Shown piece by piece: positions 7,690 to 17,567 of a stretch of 24,665 nucleotides of DNA. Source of the stretch: Fibrobacterota bacterium (GTDB lineage: Bacteria; Fibrobacterota; Fibrobacteria; UBA11236); NCBI GenBank assembly GCA_043753995.1, contig JAYUVP010000267.1, forward strand, positions 1-24,665, given 5' to 3'. Position 1 is the first letter of the stretch. Every line of letters starts with the position of its first letter. The notes below the pieces were generated by a model. It was given only the letters and a program-made list of their open reading frames with translations. It was not told where the DNA came from and ran no database searches. A program made the translations under genes and the position numbers.

Positions 7690-10179
7690 ATGAACGGCAT
7701 GTTTACGGACCGGGTCAAAAAAGTCATGCAATTGGCGCGCGAAGAGAGCGTGCGGCTTGGCAATGACTATGTCGGGACCGAGCATTTGCTTCTCGGCCTC
7801 ATACGAGAAGGCGACGGCGTCGCTGTCGCGGTTTTGAAAAATCTCGGCGTCGATCTCGACGACTTGGCCCGTAATATCGAGAAGTCCATCAGCAGCTCCG
7901 GCGGCATGATGACTATCGGCCAAATGATACCGTTCACGCCGCGCGCCAAAAAAGTTTTGGAAATCGCAGCGCAAGAAGCGCGTTCGATGAGCCATAAATA
8001 TATCGGAACCGAGCATTTGCTTTTGGCCCTCATGAAAGACCATGAATCGGCCGCAGCCAATGCCTTGGCCAGTATCGGCGTCGAATACGATCGCGTTAAA
8101 GAGGAAATCGAGCGCGTTTTGCGTGGCGGAGACGCCCAAACCGGCACAGCGAGCACCGCCGATTTTGCGGCCAATCGTAAGAAGAGCAAAACCCCCTTTC
8201 TCGATCATTTCGGGCGCGACCTCACCGAACTTGCTCGTCAGGGTCAGCTCGATCCCATTATCGGACGCGCCCAGGAAATCGAACGCGTCATTCAAATCCT
8301 CAGTCGCCGCAAGAAAAACAATCCTGTGCTCATCGGCGAACCCGGCGTGGGCAAGACGGCCATAGTCGAAGGCTTGGCGCAAAAAATCGTCGAGCGCAAT
8401 ATTCCTGAGATCCTCGAAAACAAACGCGTGGTCACACTCGACATGGGGTCCATCGTCGCGGGCACTAAATATCGCGGCCAATTCGAAGAGCGCCTCAAGT
8501 CACTCATGCAAGAGTTGCAGAAGAATGAGAACATCATCATCTTCATCGACGAATTGCATACCATAGTCGGTGCCGGCGGTTCCGAAGGATCGCTCGACGC
8601 CAGCAATATTTTCAAGCCCGCCCTATCGCGAGGTGAGTTCCAGTGCATAGGCGCGACGACTCTCGACGAGTATCGCAAATACATCGAAAAGGACGGAGCC
8701 TTGGAGCGCCGCTTTCAGACCATTTTGGTGGAACCTCCTAGCCTGACCGATACCTTGCAAATCATCAAGGGCCTGAAGCCCAAGTATGAGCAACATCATA
8801 AGGTGACCTATACCGACGCGGCCTTGGATGCTTCGGTGCGGCTCTCCGATCGCTATCTCAATGATCGCTTCATGCCAGACAAGGCTATCGATATCATTGA
8901 TGAGGCCGGTGCCCGCGTGCGTTTATCCTCGCTTTCCATTCCCCCGGAACTGCGTGCCAAAGAGCTTGAGCTTGAGGCCGTGGTGAAGGAAAAAGAAGCC
9001 TCGGTCGAGAATCAGGACTATGAGACCGCCGCAGCCTTGCGTGACAATCAGGAACGTCTGAAAAACGAGCTTGAGGATATGCGCAAAAAGTGGCGCGAGC
9101 AAAAACGCGAAGAGCGCCTCATGGTCGATGAAGAGTCGATTCGCGAAGTCGTCGCCAAGATGACGGGCATTCCCCTGGCGAAAATGGCGAGCGAAGAGAA
9201 TGAGCGTATGCTCAACATGGAAAAAGAGCTGACCAAACGCGTGGTTGGGCAGGAAAAGGCCATAGACGTCATTTCCCGCGCCATTCGACGTTCGCGCTCT
9301 GGGGTGCATTCGCTTAAGCGCCCCATGGGCAGTTTCTTATTCCTCGGCCCCACCGGTGTGGGCAAAACCGAATTGGTAAAGGCCTTGGCCAGCTTCCTCT
9401 TCCAAAATGACGATGCCATGATTCGCATCGACATGTCGGAATACATGGAAAAATTCGCCGTGTCCCGGTTGGTTGGTGCGCCTCCTGGATATGTGGGTTA
9501 TGAAGAGGGCGGGCAATTGACCGAGAAGGTGCGGAAAAAGCCTTATTCGGTGATTTTGCTTGATGAAATCGAAAAGGCCCATCCTGACGTCTACAATATT
9601 TTGCTGCAAATTCTTGATGATGGCCAGCTCACCGACAGCTATGGCCGCAAGGTGAATTTCAAAAACACCATCATCATCATGACGTCGAATTTGGGAGCGA
9701 AGGACATCAAAAAGGGTACTGGCCTGGGCTTCGGTAAAGAAGACGTCGACACCGAATACGAGCGCATGGATAAAATGGTGCGTGACGAGGTGAAGAAGGC
9801 CTTCAATCCTGAATTCGTCAATCGCTTGGATGACATGGTCGTCTTCCGTGGCCTTGAGAAAAAAGACATGGGCCGCATTGTCGACATTTTGGTGAACGAG
9901 CTGGAGTCGAGACTCGCCTCCAGGGAAATCAAAATTCAAATCACCGAGCCGGTGCGCGAATTAATCATCGAGCGTGGTTTTGATCCGCAATTGGGTGCTC
10001 GTCCTTTACGTCGTGCCATTCAAAAGCTGATAGAAGATCCGATGGCCGAAGAAATGTTGCGCGGGAAAATCACCGACAATAGCTTGCTCAAAATTGGCCG
10101 CAAAGGGGATGAGTTGACCTTTACGAATACGGCCAAGAGCAAGAAGGAAGAGAAAGCTCTCGAAACCAAGGAAGTCTGA
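7690..10179 (+). CDS. clpC: ATP-dependent Clp protease ATP-binding subunit ClpC
   Basis: Two Clp-N repeats (GTEHLLL twice), AAA1 [12 protein letters not shown], a UVR-type middle domain ([11 protein letters not shown]), AAA2 [17 protein letters not shown], ClpP-docking LGF loop and GARPLRR. Confidence 0.95.
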   Translation: MNGMFTDRVKKVMQLAREESVRLGNDYVGTEHLLLGLIREGDGVAVAVLKNLGVDLDDLARNIEKSISSSGGMMTIGQMIPFTPRAKKVLEIAAQEARSMSHKYIGTEHLLLALMKDHESAAANALASIGVEYDRVKEEIERVLRGGDAQTGTASTADFAANRKKSKTPFLDHFGRDLTELARQGQLDPIIGRAQEIERVIQILSRRKKNNPVLIGEPGVGKTAIVEGLAQKIVERNIPEILENKRVVTLDMGSIVAGTKYRGQFEERLKSLMQELQKNENIIIFIDELHTIVGAGGSEGSLDASNIFKPALSRGEFQCIGATTLDEYRKYIEKDGALERRFQTILVEPPSLTDTLQIIKGLKPKYEQHHKVTYTDAALDASVRLSDRYLNDRFMPDKAIDIIDEAGARVRLSSLSIPPELRAKELELEAVVKEKEASVENQDYETAAALRDNQERLKNELEDMRKKWREQKREERLMVDEESIREVVAKMTGIPLAKMASEENERMLNMEKELTKRVVGQEKAIDVISRAIRRSRSGVHSLKRPMGSFLFLGPTGVGKTELVKALASFLFQNDDAMIRIDMSEYMEKFAVSRLVGAPPGYVGYEEGGQLTEKVRKKPYSVILLDEIEKAHPDVYNILLQILDDGQLTDSYGRKVNFKNTIIIMTSNLGAKDIKKGTGLGFGKEDVDTEYERMDKMVRDEVKKAFNPEFVNRLDDMVVFRGLEKKDMGRIVDILVNELESRLASREIKIQITEPVRELIIERGFDPQLGARPLRRAIQKLIEDPMAEEMLRGKITDNSLLKIGRKGDELTFTNTAKSKKEEKALETKEV

Positions 10180-10236
10180 GGCCTACCGAGCGTTTGGGCG
10201 GCACATTTGCCGTACTTCGCAAACAACCTGGCGAAA

Positions 10237-10270
10237 GGGGCCGATCCGAGTGGGTCGGCCCCTTTTTTTT
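10237..10270 (+). terminator. Rho-independent terminator after clpC
   Basis: Stem GGGGCCGATCC / loop GAGT / GGGTCGGCCCC (11 bp, one G-U pair) followed by eight T. Confidence 0.88.
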
Positions 10271-10317
10271 CCTATCTTACCGGCACTTTTTCCAGGAAAA
10301 ACCCCCAGGACCCACCG

Positions 10318-12768
10318 TTGCCCAGGCTTCTTCAGCGTCTCCGATCCTTCCTTCCTGCCCTGGCCTATGCCTCGGCGAATCTTTTAACCCTTCCGGTCTT
10401 GTTGGCGGCAGCCTTGGTATTGCCGTCTGCGGCGTTGGCCCAAAGTGGCTCCTTGATGCGCAATGCCCCCAAGGATGTCAAGGTCGAGCGCATTCAGACC
10501 GAGGGCAATAAAACCGTTGATCGGTCTCTCATCGTCAATAGCTTGTTGTTTCGTGAAGGCGAAACCTATTTGCTGCCCGAATTACGGCAAAAGGTGTCCG
10601 GCTCGGTCAAAGCCTTGAACAAGCTCGATTTGTTTTCGGACGTCCGCGTCTTTAGCGAGACCCCGGATTCGCTCGATGGTGTTGTTTTGACGGTGACCGT
10701 AACGGAATTGCCCACCTTGGCTCGCTATGAATTGCATGGCCAGGACCATTTGAAAAAAGATGATTTGAAAGATGCCTTGGATTTGCTGGAAGGCCAGCCT
10801 TTTTCCCATGCCGATGTTGAGCGGAATCGACTGAAAATGGTTAACCTATACCATTCCAAAGGCTATTTGCGCGTGGAAATCAAGACTCGCGAAGAAGAAG
10901 AAAAGGTCTCGGGCCGCTTTATCGCGCATTTCGACATTGAAGAGGGAAATAAGGTCTATGTGCGCTATATCACCTTTCAAGGCAATGAGCATTTGAACGA
11001 CAAGGATTTGCGCAAAATTTTGAAGACCAAGGAAGAGCGTTGGTGGCGCTCGGGTGATTATGTTGAGGACGATTATCGCCTGGGCCTAGATACCTTACTC
11101 GACTATTACCGCGAGGAAGGCTATCTCGACGCCGCGGTAAAAGGTGAAAAAATCACCTATACCGACGATAAAAAGGCCATGGACATCAAGGTTCAAGTTG
11201 AAGAAGGACGGCGATATTATTTCCGCCAGGCCATTTTCGTTCACAATAATATTGTCGATGATGGAGCCCTGAAATCTCAGGTGATTCTTGATTCGGGCGA
11301 CGTTTTCAATCGTAAGAAATACGATTTGATGAAATTCCAGGTGCTTTCGCTATACCGAGAAGAAGGCTATTTGTTCTGCGACATCGACGACCGCTTCGCT
11401 TATCACGATAGCCTAGTTGACGTGACCTTCCGCATTAAAGAAAATTCCATAGCCCATATTCACTTGGTCGATATTCGCGGCAATACCAAAACCAAGGACA
11501 AGGTGCTACGCCGTGAAATCAAGCTTTTCCCCGGGGATATTTTCCGGCAAAGCCTGCTCATGCGCAGTCAACGCGATATCATGCAATTGGCCTTTTTCGA
11601 CAATGTCGAACCCGATATCGAAAGGGTGCAGGAAGGCGATGGCTCCGATATCAATTTGGTCATGAAGGTCTCGGAAAAAGAGTCGGGTACCGGACAATTT
11701 TCTGCGGGTGCCGCGTATAGCCAGCGCGATGATTTCGTGGGAACCCTTGGCTTGCAAATCCCGAACTTCCTCGGCAATGGGCAAAGAGTCGATGCCAATA
11801 TCGAAGCGGGTACCCAGAAACAGCTTTATTCCTTGGGCTTTACCGAACCCTGGCTTTTGGACCGGCCGACTCTGGTGGGTGGTAGCATTTTCTACAACCG
11901 TCAGGTCGCTTCCATGAATTATGAAAATGACTACACCAAGTGGGGCGGGCGAGTGAATCTTGGGCAGCGCCTGACCTGGCCCGATGATTATTTCACGGTG
12001 CGTGGCAGCTATAATCTCACTTGGAATGACAATGGTCAGCGCATTAATGGCAATCACCTGATCATTCCTTCCGGTTTGGAATCGTCTATCATGTTGACTC
12101 TGGTGCGCGATGACAAGAACCTGCCCTTTTTCCCTTCGGAAGGTTCGCGATACAGCTTCAGCTATAGCTTGGTCGGCGGCTATTTGGGCGGCGATTTCGA
12201 CTATCGCGAATACACCACCAAGATCAATTGGTGGTTTCCCACTTTGGGCAAATTGGTGCTGGGGTTAGAAAGCGAATTCGGCTTGCTGGATGGCCAGAAT
12301 ATTCAGAGTTATAGCCTTTATCAAATGGGTGGCGTGCTCGGCTATCAAGGCAAGCTGCGCGGTTATTCCCCAGGGTCCATTGCTGCCAATCGCGTGGCGC
12401 GCAGCTATTTCTCCGCGGTAACCGAACTGACCTATCCGGTCGTGGAAAACACCTTTTACCTATTGGGTTTTTTCGACATGGGCAATGCCTTTGGCAACCT
12501 GCCTAAATGGGATCCCCGCGGTGGCTATCCCAATTTCAATCCCATCGAGAAAAAAGGCGTGGCGAACCCGCTTAGCGAAATCGACTTTTCCGATTTGCGC
12601 AAGGACATCGGCTTCGGCTTCCGCTTGGTGGTTCCCATGGTGGCGCCATTCGGCATGGGCTTTGATTTCGGCTGGCCTCTCGACTTGACGGAGAATCCTG
12701 ATGGCTCTCGCAGCCAAAAAATCGGAAAGTCGCCTGAATACAATTTCGTTATTGAACAAGGATTTTAG
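10318..12768 (+). CDS. bamA: Outer membrane protein assembly factor BamA
   Basis: Signal peptide, five POTRA-like repeats (including IRGNTKTKDKVLRRE), PNFLGNGQ, FTEPWLLD, LRGY motif and terminal Phe. Start moved to TTG 10318 (AGGA at 10307-10310) because the ORF-track start lies upstream of the terminator. Confidence 0.93.
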   Translation: MPRLLQRLRSFLPALAYASANLLTLPVLLAAALVLPSAALAQSGSLMRNAPKDVKVERIQTEGNKTVDRSLIVNSLLFREGETYLLPELRQKVSGSVKALNKLDLFSDVRVFSETPDSLDGVVLTVTVTELPTLARYELHGQDHLKKDDLKDALDLLEGQPFSHADVERNRLKMVNLYHSKGYLRVEIKTREEEEKVSGRFIAHFDIEEGNKVYVRYITFQGNEHLNDKDLRKILKTKEERWWRSGDYVEDDYRLGLDTLLDYYREEGYLDAAVKGEKITYTDDKKAMDIKVQVEEGRRYYFRQAIFVHNNIVDDGALKSQVILDSGDVFNRKKYDLMKFQVLSLYREEGYLFCDIDDRFAYHDSLVDVTFRIKENSIAHIHLVDIRGNTKTKDKVLRREIKLFPGDIFRQSLLMRSQRDIMQLAFFDNVEPDIERVQEGDGSDINLVMKVSEKESGTGQFSAGAAYSQRDDFVGTLGLQIPNFLGNGQRVDANIEAGTQKQLYSLGFTEPWLLDRPTLVGGSIFYNRQVASMNYENDYTKWGGRVNLGQRLTWPDDYFTVRGSYNLTWNDNGQRINGNHLIIPSGLESSIMLTLVRDDKNLPFFPSEGSRYSFSYSLVGGYLGGDFDYREYTTKINWWFPTLGKLVLGLESEFGLLDGQNIQSYSLYQMGGVLGYQGKLRGYSPGSIAANRVARSYFSAVTELTYPVVENTFYLLGFFDMGNAFGNLPKWDPRGGYPNFNPIEKKGVANPLSEIDFSDLRKDIGFGFRLVVPMVAPFGMGFDFGWPLDLTENPDGSRSQKIGKSPEYNFVIEQGF

Positions 12769-12777
12769 GAGCAATCT

Positions 12778-13341
12778 ATGCGTTTCATGAAATGCTTTAC
12801 TGCGGCTCTGCTCGCTTTGCCATTAGCTCTCAGCCATGCCGCTGATTTGAAAATCGCTCATGTCGACAGCAAACTCATTTTCGACAAATACAGCGAAACG
12901 AAGAAGGCGCAAAAAGAATACGACAAGCAAGTTCAGAAGTGGGAACAGGACGTTGCTGATAGGCAAAAAGAGTTGATGGAATTGAAGGATAAGCTGGAAA
13001 AGCAAAGCCTCATGCTCAGCGATGAAAAGAAAAAGGAATTGCAAGCCGAAGCCATGAAAAAGGAAACCGAATACCGGACCTTCGTGGAAAAGATTTACGG
13101 CAAAAGCGGTGAATTGCTGAACAAGAACGAAGAGTTCTCCGGCCCCATTATTGCGAAGATTAAGAAAACCGTGCAAGACGTCGCCAATCAAGAAGGCTAT
13201 GATCTGGTCCTGGATCGCGCCGCCGGCGCGGTGGTCTTTTGGAAAAAAGACAATGACTTGACTCAAAAGGTGATTGACGTGCTTAACAAAGACGTGAAAG
13301 ACGCTAGCGGTTCCGCGGCGACGACCACGCCTGCGAAGTAA
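12778..13341 (+). CDS. skp: Periplasmic chaperone Skp/OmpH
   Basis: AGGAG RBS, signal peptide, KIAHVD, long coiled coil, GYDLVLD and DLTQKVI; follows bamA. Confidence 0.92.
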   Translation: MRFMKCFTAALLALPLALSHAADLKIAHVDSKLIFDKYSETKKAQKEYDKQVQKWEQDVADRQKELMELKDKLEKQSLMLSDEKKKELQAEAMKKETEYRTFVEKIYGKSGELLNKNEEFSGPIIAKIKKTVQDVANQEGYDLVLDRAAGAVVFWKKDNDLTQKVIDVLNKDVKDASGSAATTTPAK

Positions 13342-13389
13342 AGACCAAAACCTTATTTCGCCTTAGACCGACCAAGAAGGGAGCTCGGG

Positions 13390-14373
13390 ATGCGATTCCA
13401 GCAACCCTTGCGCGCATCGGCCTTAACCGATTTGCTCGGACCGGATTTATTGCGCGAACCCTTGCCCGGAGCTTGTTTCGGGCTACGCCTTTTATCCTTG
13501 GATTCTCCCTACAAATCCCAATCCGGTTCTTTGACTTGCGTGGGGCGCCGCGTGCCGTTGCGCTATCGTGAGAACTTGCAAGCCAGTCTGGTATTAGTTG
13601 AAGGCGAAACCGAGGTTTCTTTGCCCGTCGGTATTTTGCAGGTCAAGGTGGCTTCGGTACATAAGGCTTTGTCTCGCCTGCTTATCGCTCTTGAAAACCA
13701 GTGGGAAGACGAACCGCCCTTTGCTTCTGGCGACGGAAATAACATCCACTCCAGCGCCGTAGTCGAGGGTGTATTAGAGGGGGAGGTCACGGTAGGAGCT
13801 GGGGCTTATGTCGCCGCCGGGGCCTATATTGGACGCGGCACTCGGCTTGAAGCCAGGGCCACCGTGATGAAGCATGCCGTAATCGGGCGGGATTGTGTGA
13901 TTCAAAGCGGGGTAGTCATTGGATGCGAAGGGTTTGGATTTTTTGATGCGGGTGAGGGCGAGTTAACCGCCATGCCGCACCGAGCGGGAGTGCGGCTCGG
14001 TGACCGTATTTTCGTGGGGGCGCAAACCGTCATCGCTTCCGGAGTTTTACATCCCACTCTGATTGGCGACGGTTGCAAGCTCGATAGTCATGTGCAAATC
14101 GCTCATAATGTGGAATTGGGACGCGAATGCGTCATGGCCTCCCAAGGAGGAATTGCGGGTTCTACCGTGGTCGGCGATGGCTTGCGCATGGGCGGTGCAG
14201 CCTCGATTTCTGGTCATTTAAGGCTCGGCAAACAAGTCACGGTGGCGGCCTGTTCCGCCGTCACCAAGGATTTGGCCGATGGCGCCGTAGTGGCGGGCTT
14301 TCCGGCTAGGCCGATTCAGCAATGGCGCCGCCAAGAGGCGGCTTTGCGCAAAATGGGCGGCTCTAGCTCTTAG
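13390..14373 (+). CDS. lpxD: UDP-3-O-acyl-glucosamine N-acyltransferase LpxD
   Basis: Hexapeptide repeats, IGCEGFGF, KLDSHVQIAHNV (catalytic His), GIAGST and GFPARP; bamA-skp-lpxD synteny. The N-terminal domain is divergent. Confidence 0.85.
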   Translation: MRFQQPLRASALTDLLGPDLLREPLPGACFGLRLLSLDSPYKSQSGSLTCVGRRVPLRYRENLQASLVLVEGETEVSLPVGILQVKVASVHKALSRLLIALENQWEDEPPFASGDGNNIHSSAVVEGVLEGEVTVGAGAYVAAGAYIGRGTRLEARATVMKHAVIGRDCVIQSGVVIGCEGFGFFDAGEGELTAMPHRAGVRLGDRIFVGAQTVIASGVLHPTLIGDGCKLDSHVQIAHNVELGRECVMASQGGIAGSTVVGDGLRMGGAASISGHLRLGKQVTVAACSAVTKDLADGAVVAGFPARPIQQWRRQEAALRKMGGSSS

Positions 14374-14387
14374 TCGGCGAATGGCGA

Positions 14388-14417
14388 TTGACTCCAGGGC
14401 CTGGCACGTCCTACACT
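14388..14417 (+). promoter_or_regulatory. Sigma70-type promoter that would give a leaderless carbonic anhydrase mRNA
   Basis: TTGACT (14388-14393) - 18 nt - TACACT (14412-14417) - 6 nt - ATG (14424). Confidence 0.55.
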
Positions 14418-14423
14418 CGGGGC

Positions 14424-15260
14424 ATGCAAGTTTCGCCCAAATTCGCAGCTCCCTTTTTGAAATGCTTAACCCTAAGCTTTTTCGCTGCGCTAAGCGTTGC
14501 AATAGCTTCTTCCGATCACGATCCTCTTGACCGAGGCGCGCCTGCAGGGGGGGCGGATGAGCATTCCGGCCATGAGGAAAAACCCAAAGCCAAACCTCCT
14601 GTAAAACCAGCGCCCAAGCCGGAAAGCGCGGTCAAGACGGCGCCGCCTGCGGCCTCTCATGGCTTATCGCCCGAAGCGGCGAAAGCGGCCATTGAGGCGG
14701 CCATACGCCGATTGAGAGAAGGCAATGAGCGCTATGTCACGGATAATGCCGGTCATCCAAGACAAAATCGCGATCGCCGGGTCGAAGTGGCCAAGGGCCA
14801 AAAACCCTTCGCTATTGTCGTTACCTGTTCAGATTCACGCTTGCCTCCGGAATTGCTTTTCGATCAAGGGCTCGGTGACCTTTTCGTGATTCGCATTGCC
14901 GGTCAAGTACTCGATGCGGGGGCCTTGGGCAGCATAGAATATGCCGTCGAACACCTCGACGTGCCCTTGATTCTCGTGCTGGGGCATGAGCGCTGCGGAG
15001 CGGTAGATGCCGCGTGCAAACGCATGAACCCCGAAAATCATATCCGTCATTTGGTTGAGGCCATTACACCTGCGGTGACGGCAGCCAGGGAGCAAGGTGG
15101 CGATTTACTTGAACGCGCCGTGGCAGCGAATGTACAGCGTGGAGTCGATGAATTGCGCGCCAGCTGGCCAGTGATGGCTCCGAGAGTCAGAGAAAATCGC
15201 CTGGCTATCCTCGGTGCGGTTTATGATTTGGATATCGGTATTGTCTTATTTCAGAATTAG
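14424..15260 (+). CDS. Beta-class carbonic anhydrase with a signal peptide and a His/Pro/Lys-rich linker
   Basis: LREGNERY, GQKP, Zn ligands CSDSR and HERCGA, GDLFVIRIAG, GSIEYAV and GAVYDL. Start moved to ATG 14424. Confidence 0.9.
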   Translation: MQVSPKFAAPFLKCLTLSFFAALSVAIASSDHDPLDRGAPAGGADEHSGHEEKPKAKPPVKPAPKPESAVKTAPPAASHGLSPEAAKAAIEAAIRRLREGNERYVTDNAGHPRQNRDRRVEVAKGQKPFAIVVTCSDSRLPPELLFDQGLGDLFVIRIAGQVLDAGALGSIEYAVEHLDVPLILVLGHERCGAVDAACKRMNPENHIRHLVEAITPAVTAAREQGGDLLERAVAANVQRGVDELRASWPVMAPRVRENRLAILGAVYDLDIGIVLFQN

Positions 15261-15286
15261 CCAGCCGGGTTCATCGCCTTAGAGCC

Positions 15287-17302
15287 TTATGGAATACCCA
15301 GGGCGCGCAAACCCTGCACCAAGGCCACGGCCAAGGCATAGGCCACGCCGGTGAACAAAAACAACTGCAAAAAAGCCAGTTTGCTCGATCCCATTTCGCT
15401 GCGGGCTACAGCCACCGTAGGAAAGCATTGCAAGGCGATTAAATAAAACAGGAGCATGCCCAGGCAAGTGCTCAAGGTGAATATCGGTTTGCCACTGTCC
15501 TCGAATCGCAGATTGGGCAGGGCTGCTAAAAGCTTGCCGGTGAGTCCATCTTCATCGCCGTCCTCTTGAACGCGATACACCAAGGCCAAGGCGCTAACAA
15601 AGACTTCACGCGCCGCGAAGCCGCTGATTAAGGCCACGCCGCCGCGCCAATCCAATCCCATTGGTTGCATGATGGGTTCGAGAAAATGGCCGATTTTAGC
15701 GGCATAAGAATTCGTGATGGCGACATATTCCGCCTGGATTTCTGCCGGAGGAGCCAGCGTGGTCGAGGCGGCAATGGAATCCAAACCCGCTTGACTTGCG
15801 CTCGGCGTTGTGGTCACGGGCGTATGGGTGAGTACCCAAAGTCCCACTGAGATAATGACGATATTCCAGCCAGCTTTACGCACGTATTGCACGGTTTTAT
15901 GCCAAGTCGAAGCCATCACCACGCGAAGGATGGGGCGACGCAAGGTTGGTAATTCCAGAAGAAAGGAGCTTTCGTTTTTGACCTTGATCCATCGACTGAT
16001 AATAGTGGAAAGTGCAGCGGCTATCACAAAGCCTAATAAGTAAAGCACGGTTAAAAAGACCCCTCCTAGCCATGGCTTGGAGCGCGGCACGAGAAAGGTG
16101 AGCAATAAGGTGTAAACCGGGAGCCGTGCGCTGCAGCTCATCAGGGGGATGATGAAAAGGGTGAGGTTGCGTTCGAAACGCGAGGGTATGGTTCGCGCCG
16201 AGAGCATGGCGGGAATGGCGCAAGCATAACCGGAGAGCAAGGGGACAAAGGATTTGCCATTGAGTCCGATAGCGGAAAGCGGGCGATCGACGAGGGCCGC
16301 CCCACGGGCGAGATAGCCACTGTCTTCGAGATAGCCCATGGCAAGAAATAAAATCACGATTTGCGGTGAAAACACCAAAACCGCCCCGAAGCCACCGAGC
16401 AAGCCATCGGCGAGTAAATCCGTGATCCAGGAATTGGGAAGTACGGCCTTTGTGGAGGCTATGGCCCATCCGAAGCCGCTGTCTATGGCATCCATGAAGG
16501 GAGTCGCGAGCCAAAAAATGGCGGTGAAAATGCCGCACATAATGGCGATAAAAACCAGAAGGCCAAGCACAGGATGTAAAAGCCAGCGATCCCAAGATCG
16601 TTGCGGCGATTTGGCCGCGTCGTTTGATTTCAGAGGAAGAAGGCAGAGCGCCTGCACTTCGTCAAGATTGCGATAAAGCGCGGTGATGGTGTCGTCATTT
16701 TGTTTGGCGACATAATCCGCATGCTGGGCGGCGCTGGGGTTGGTCTTGCCTTCAAAGGTTTTTTTCACGGCCTGCAGGGCATGGCCTAGGGCTGGCAGGC
16801 TTTCATTGCGTCTGGGATCGAGAAGCAGGACAGGGCAGTCAATCAATTCTTCTAAACGGCGGCAATCGAGTTTCTCGCCGCGCTTTTCCAGCAAATCACC
16901 CATGGTCACGACCAGAACCACGGGAAAGCCAAGGTCGATTAATTGGCGGACCAAGTATAAATGTCGCGACAATTGCGTGGCATCCGCGACGGCAATAATT
17001 TGATCCGGTTGATGCTTGCCGCTGAAAAGCGCCTCTATGGTTACCGCTTCATCCGGTGACGCGGGAATGAGGCTGGCCAAACCCGGTGTGTCAATGATGC
17101 GGCATTTGAAGTCAGCGAATCTCTTGCCTTCACCCACGGCATATTCGACGGTGGCACCTGGGTAATTGACGGTATTGTAATGCGAACCCGTTAGGGTATT
17201 GAAAAGTGTGGTTTTACCGCAATTGGCCGAACCCACCAGGGCAAGGCTGAGAAGTTTGGTTTGACTTTCGGCGTCAGGTTGCGAAGTGGAAGCGACAGAC
17301 AT
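15287..17302 (-). CDS. feoB: Ferrous iron transporter FeoB
   Basis: G1 GSANCGKT, G2 NYPGATVE, G3 DTPG, LEDSGYLAR, GYACAIPA, MSCSARLPVY, AAREVFV and QC in the last TM segment. Confidence 0.95.
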   Translation of the reverse strand: MSVASTSQPDAESQTKLLSLALVGSANCGKTTLFNTLTGSHYNTVNYPGATVEYAVGEGKRFADFKCRIIDTPGLASLIPASPDEAVTIEALFSGKHQPDQIIAVADATQLSRHLYLVRQLIDLGFPVVLVVTMGDLLEKRGEKLDCRRLEELIDCPVLLLDPRRNESLPALGHALQAVKKTFEGKTNPSAAQHADYVAKQNDDTITALYRNLDEVQALCLLPLKSNDAAKSPQRSWDRWLLHPVLGLLVFIAIMCGIFTAIFWLATPFMDAIDSGFGWAIASTKAVLPNSWITDLLADGLLGGFGAVLVFSPQIVILFLAMGYLEDSGYLARGAALVDRPLSAIGLNGKSFVPLLSGYACAIPAMLSARTIPSRFERNLTLFIIPLMSCSARLPVYTLLLTFLVPRSKPWLGGVFLTVLYLLGFVIAAALSTIISRWIKVKNESSFLLELPTLRRPILRVVMASTWHKTVQYVRKAGWNIVIISVGLWVLTHTPVTTTPSASQAGLDSIAASTTLAPPAEIQAEYVAITNSYAAKIGHFLEPIMQPMGLDWRGGVALISGFAAREVFVSALALVYRVQEDGDEDGLTGKLLAALPNLRFEDSGKPIFTLSTCLGMLLFYLIALQCFPTVAVARSEMGSSKLAFLQLFLFTGVAYALAVALVQGLRALGIP

Positions 17303-17321
17303 CTGGGCGGTCGCTAATCAC

Positions 17322-17567
17322 CTAAGCCGCGATGTGAACGCAGCGCGCCTCGGCTCGCCGCAAGGCCAGGGAGGTCCCCCGCAGGGAAAAGACCAAGGGG
17401 TCACCGAAGGGGGTGGGCATGATAAAAGCCACTTCGCTGCCGGGTACAAAGCCGATTTCGAGCAAACGCCTTCGAAGCGTGTCAGAGCCGGTTAAAGTCG
17501 TGACGCGACCGGTTTGTCCTGGCTTCAGGACTTCAAGACTTTGAGGGGCGGAGACTCGGCGTATCAT
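17322..17567 (-). CDS. feoA: Ferrous iron transport protein FeoA
   Basis: RRRLLEIGFVPG, PFGDP and LALRRAEA; directly upstream of feoB. Confidence 0.92.
   Translation of the reverse strand: MIRRVSAPQSLEVLKPGQTGRVTTLTGSDTLRRRLLEIGFVPGSEVAFIMPTPFGDPLVFSLRGTSLALRRAEARCVHIAA

Noticed and set aside
7713..7728. GGTCAAAAAAGTCATG resembling a CtsR box
   Set aside because: The spacer is 2 nt instead of 3, the second half-site is poor, it lies within codons for conserved RVKKV, and no ctsR is present in the window.
7627..9939. Long antisense ORFs opposite clpC (284, 200, 140, 132 aa and others)
   Set aside because: They are shadow frames of a strongly codon-biased conserved gene, with no RBS or domain signatures of their own.
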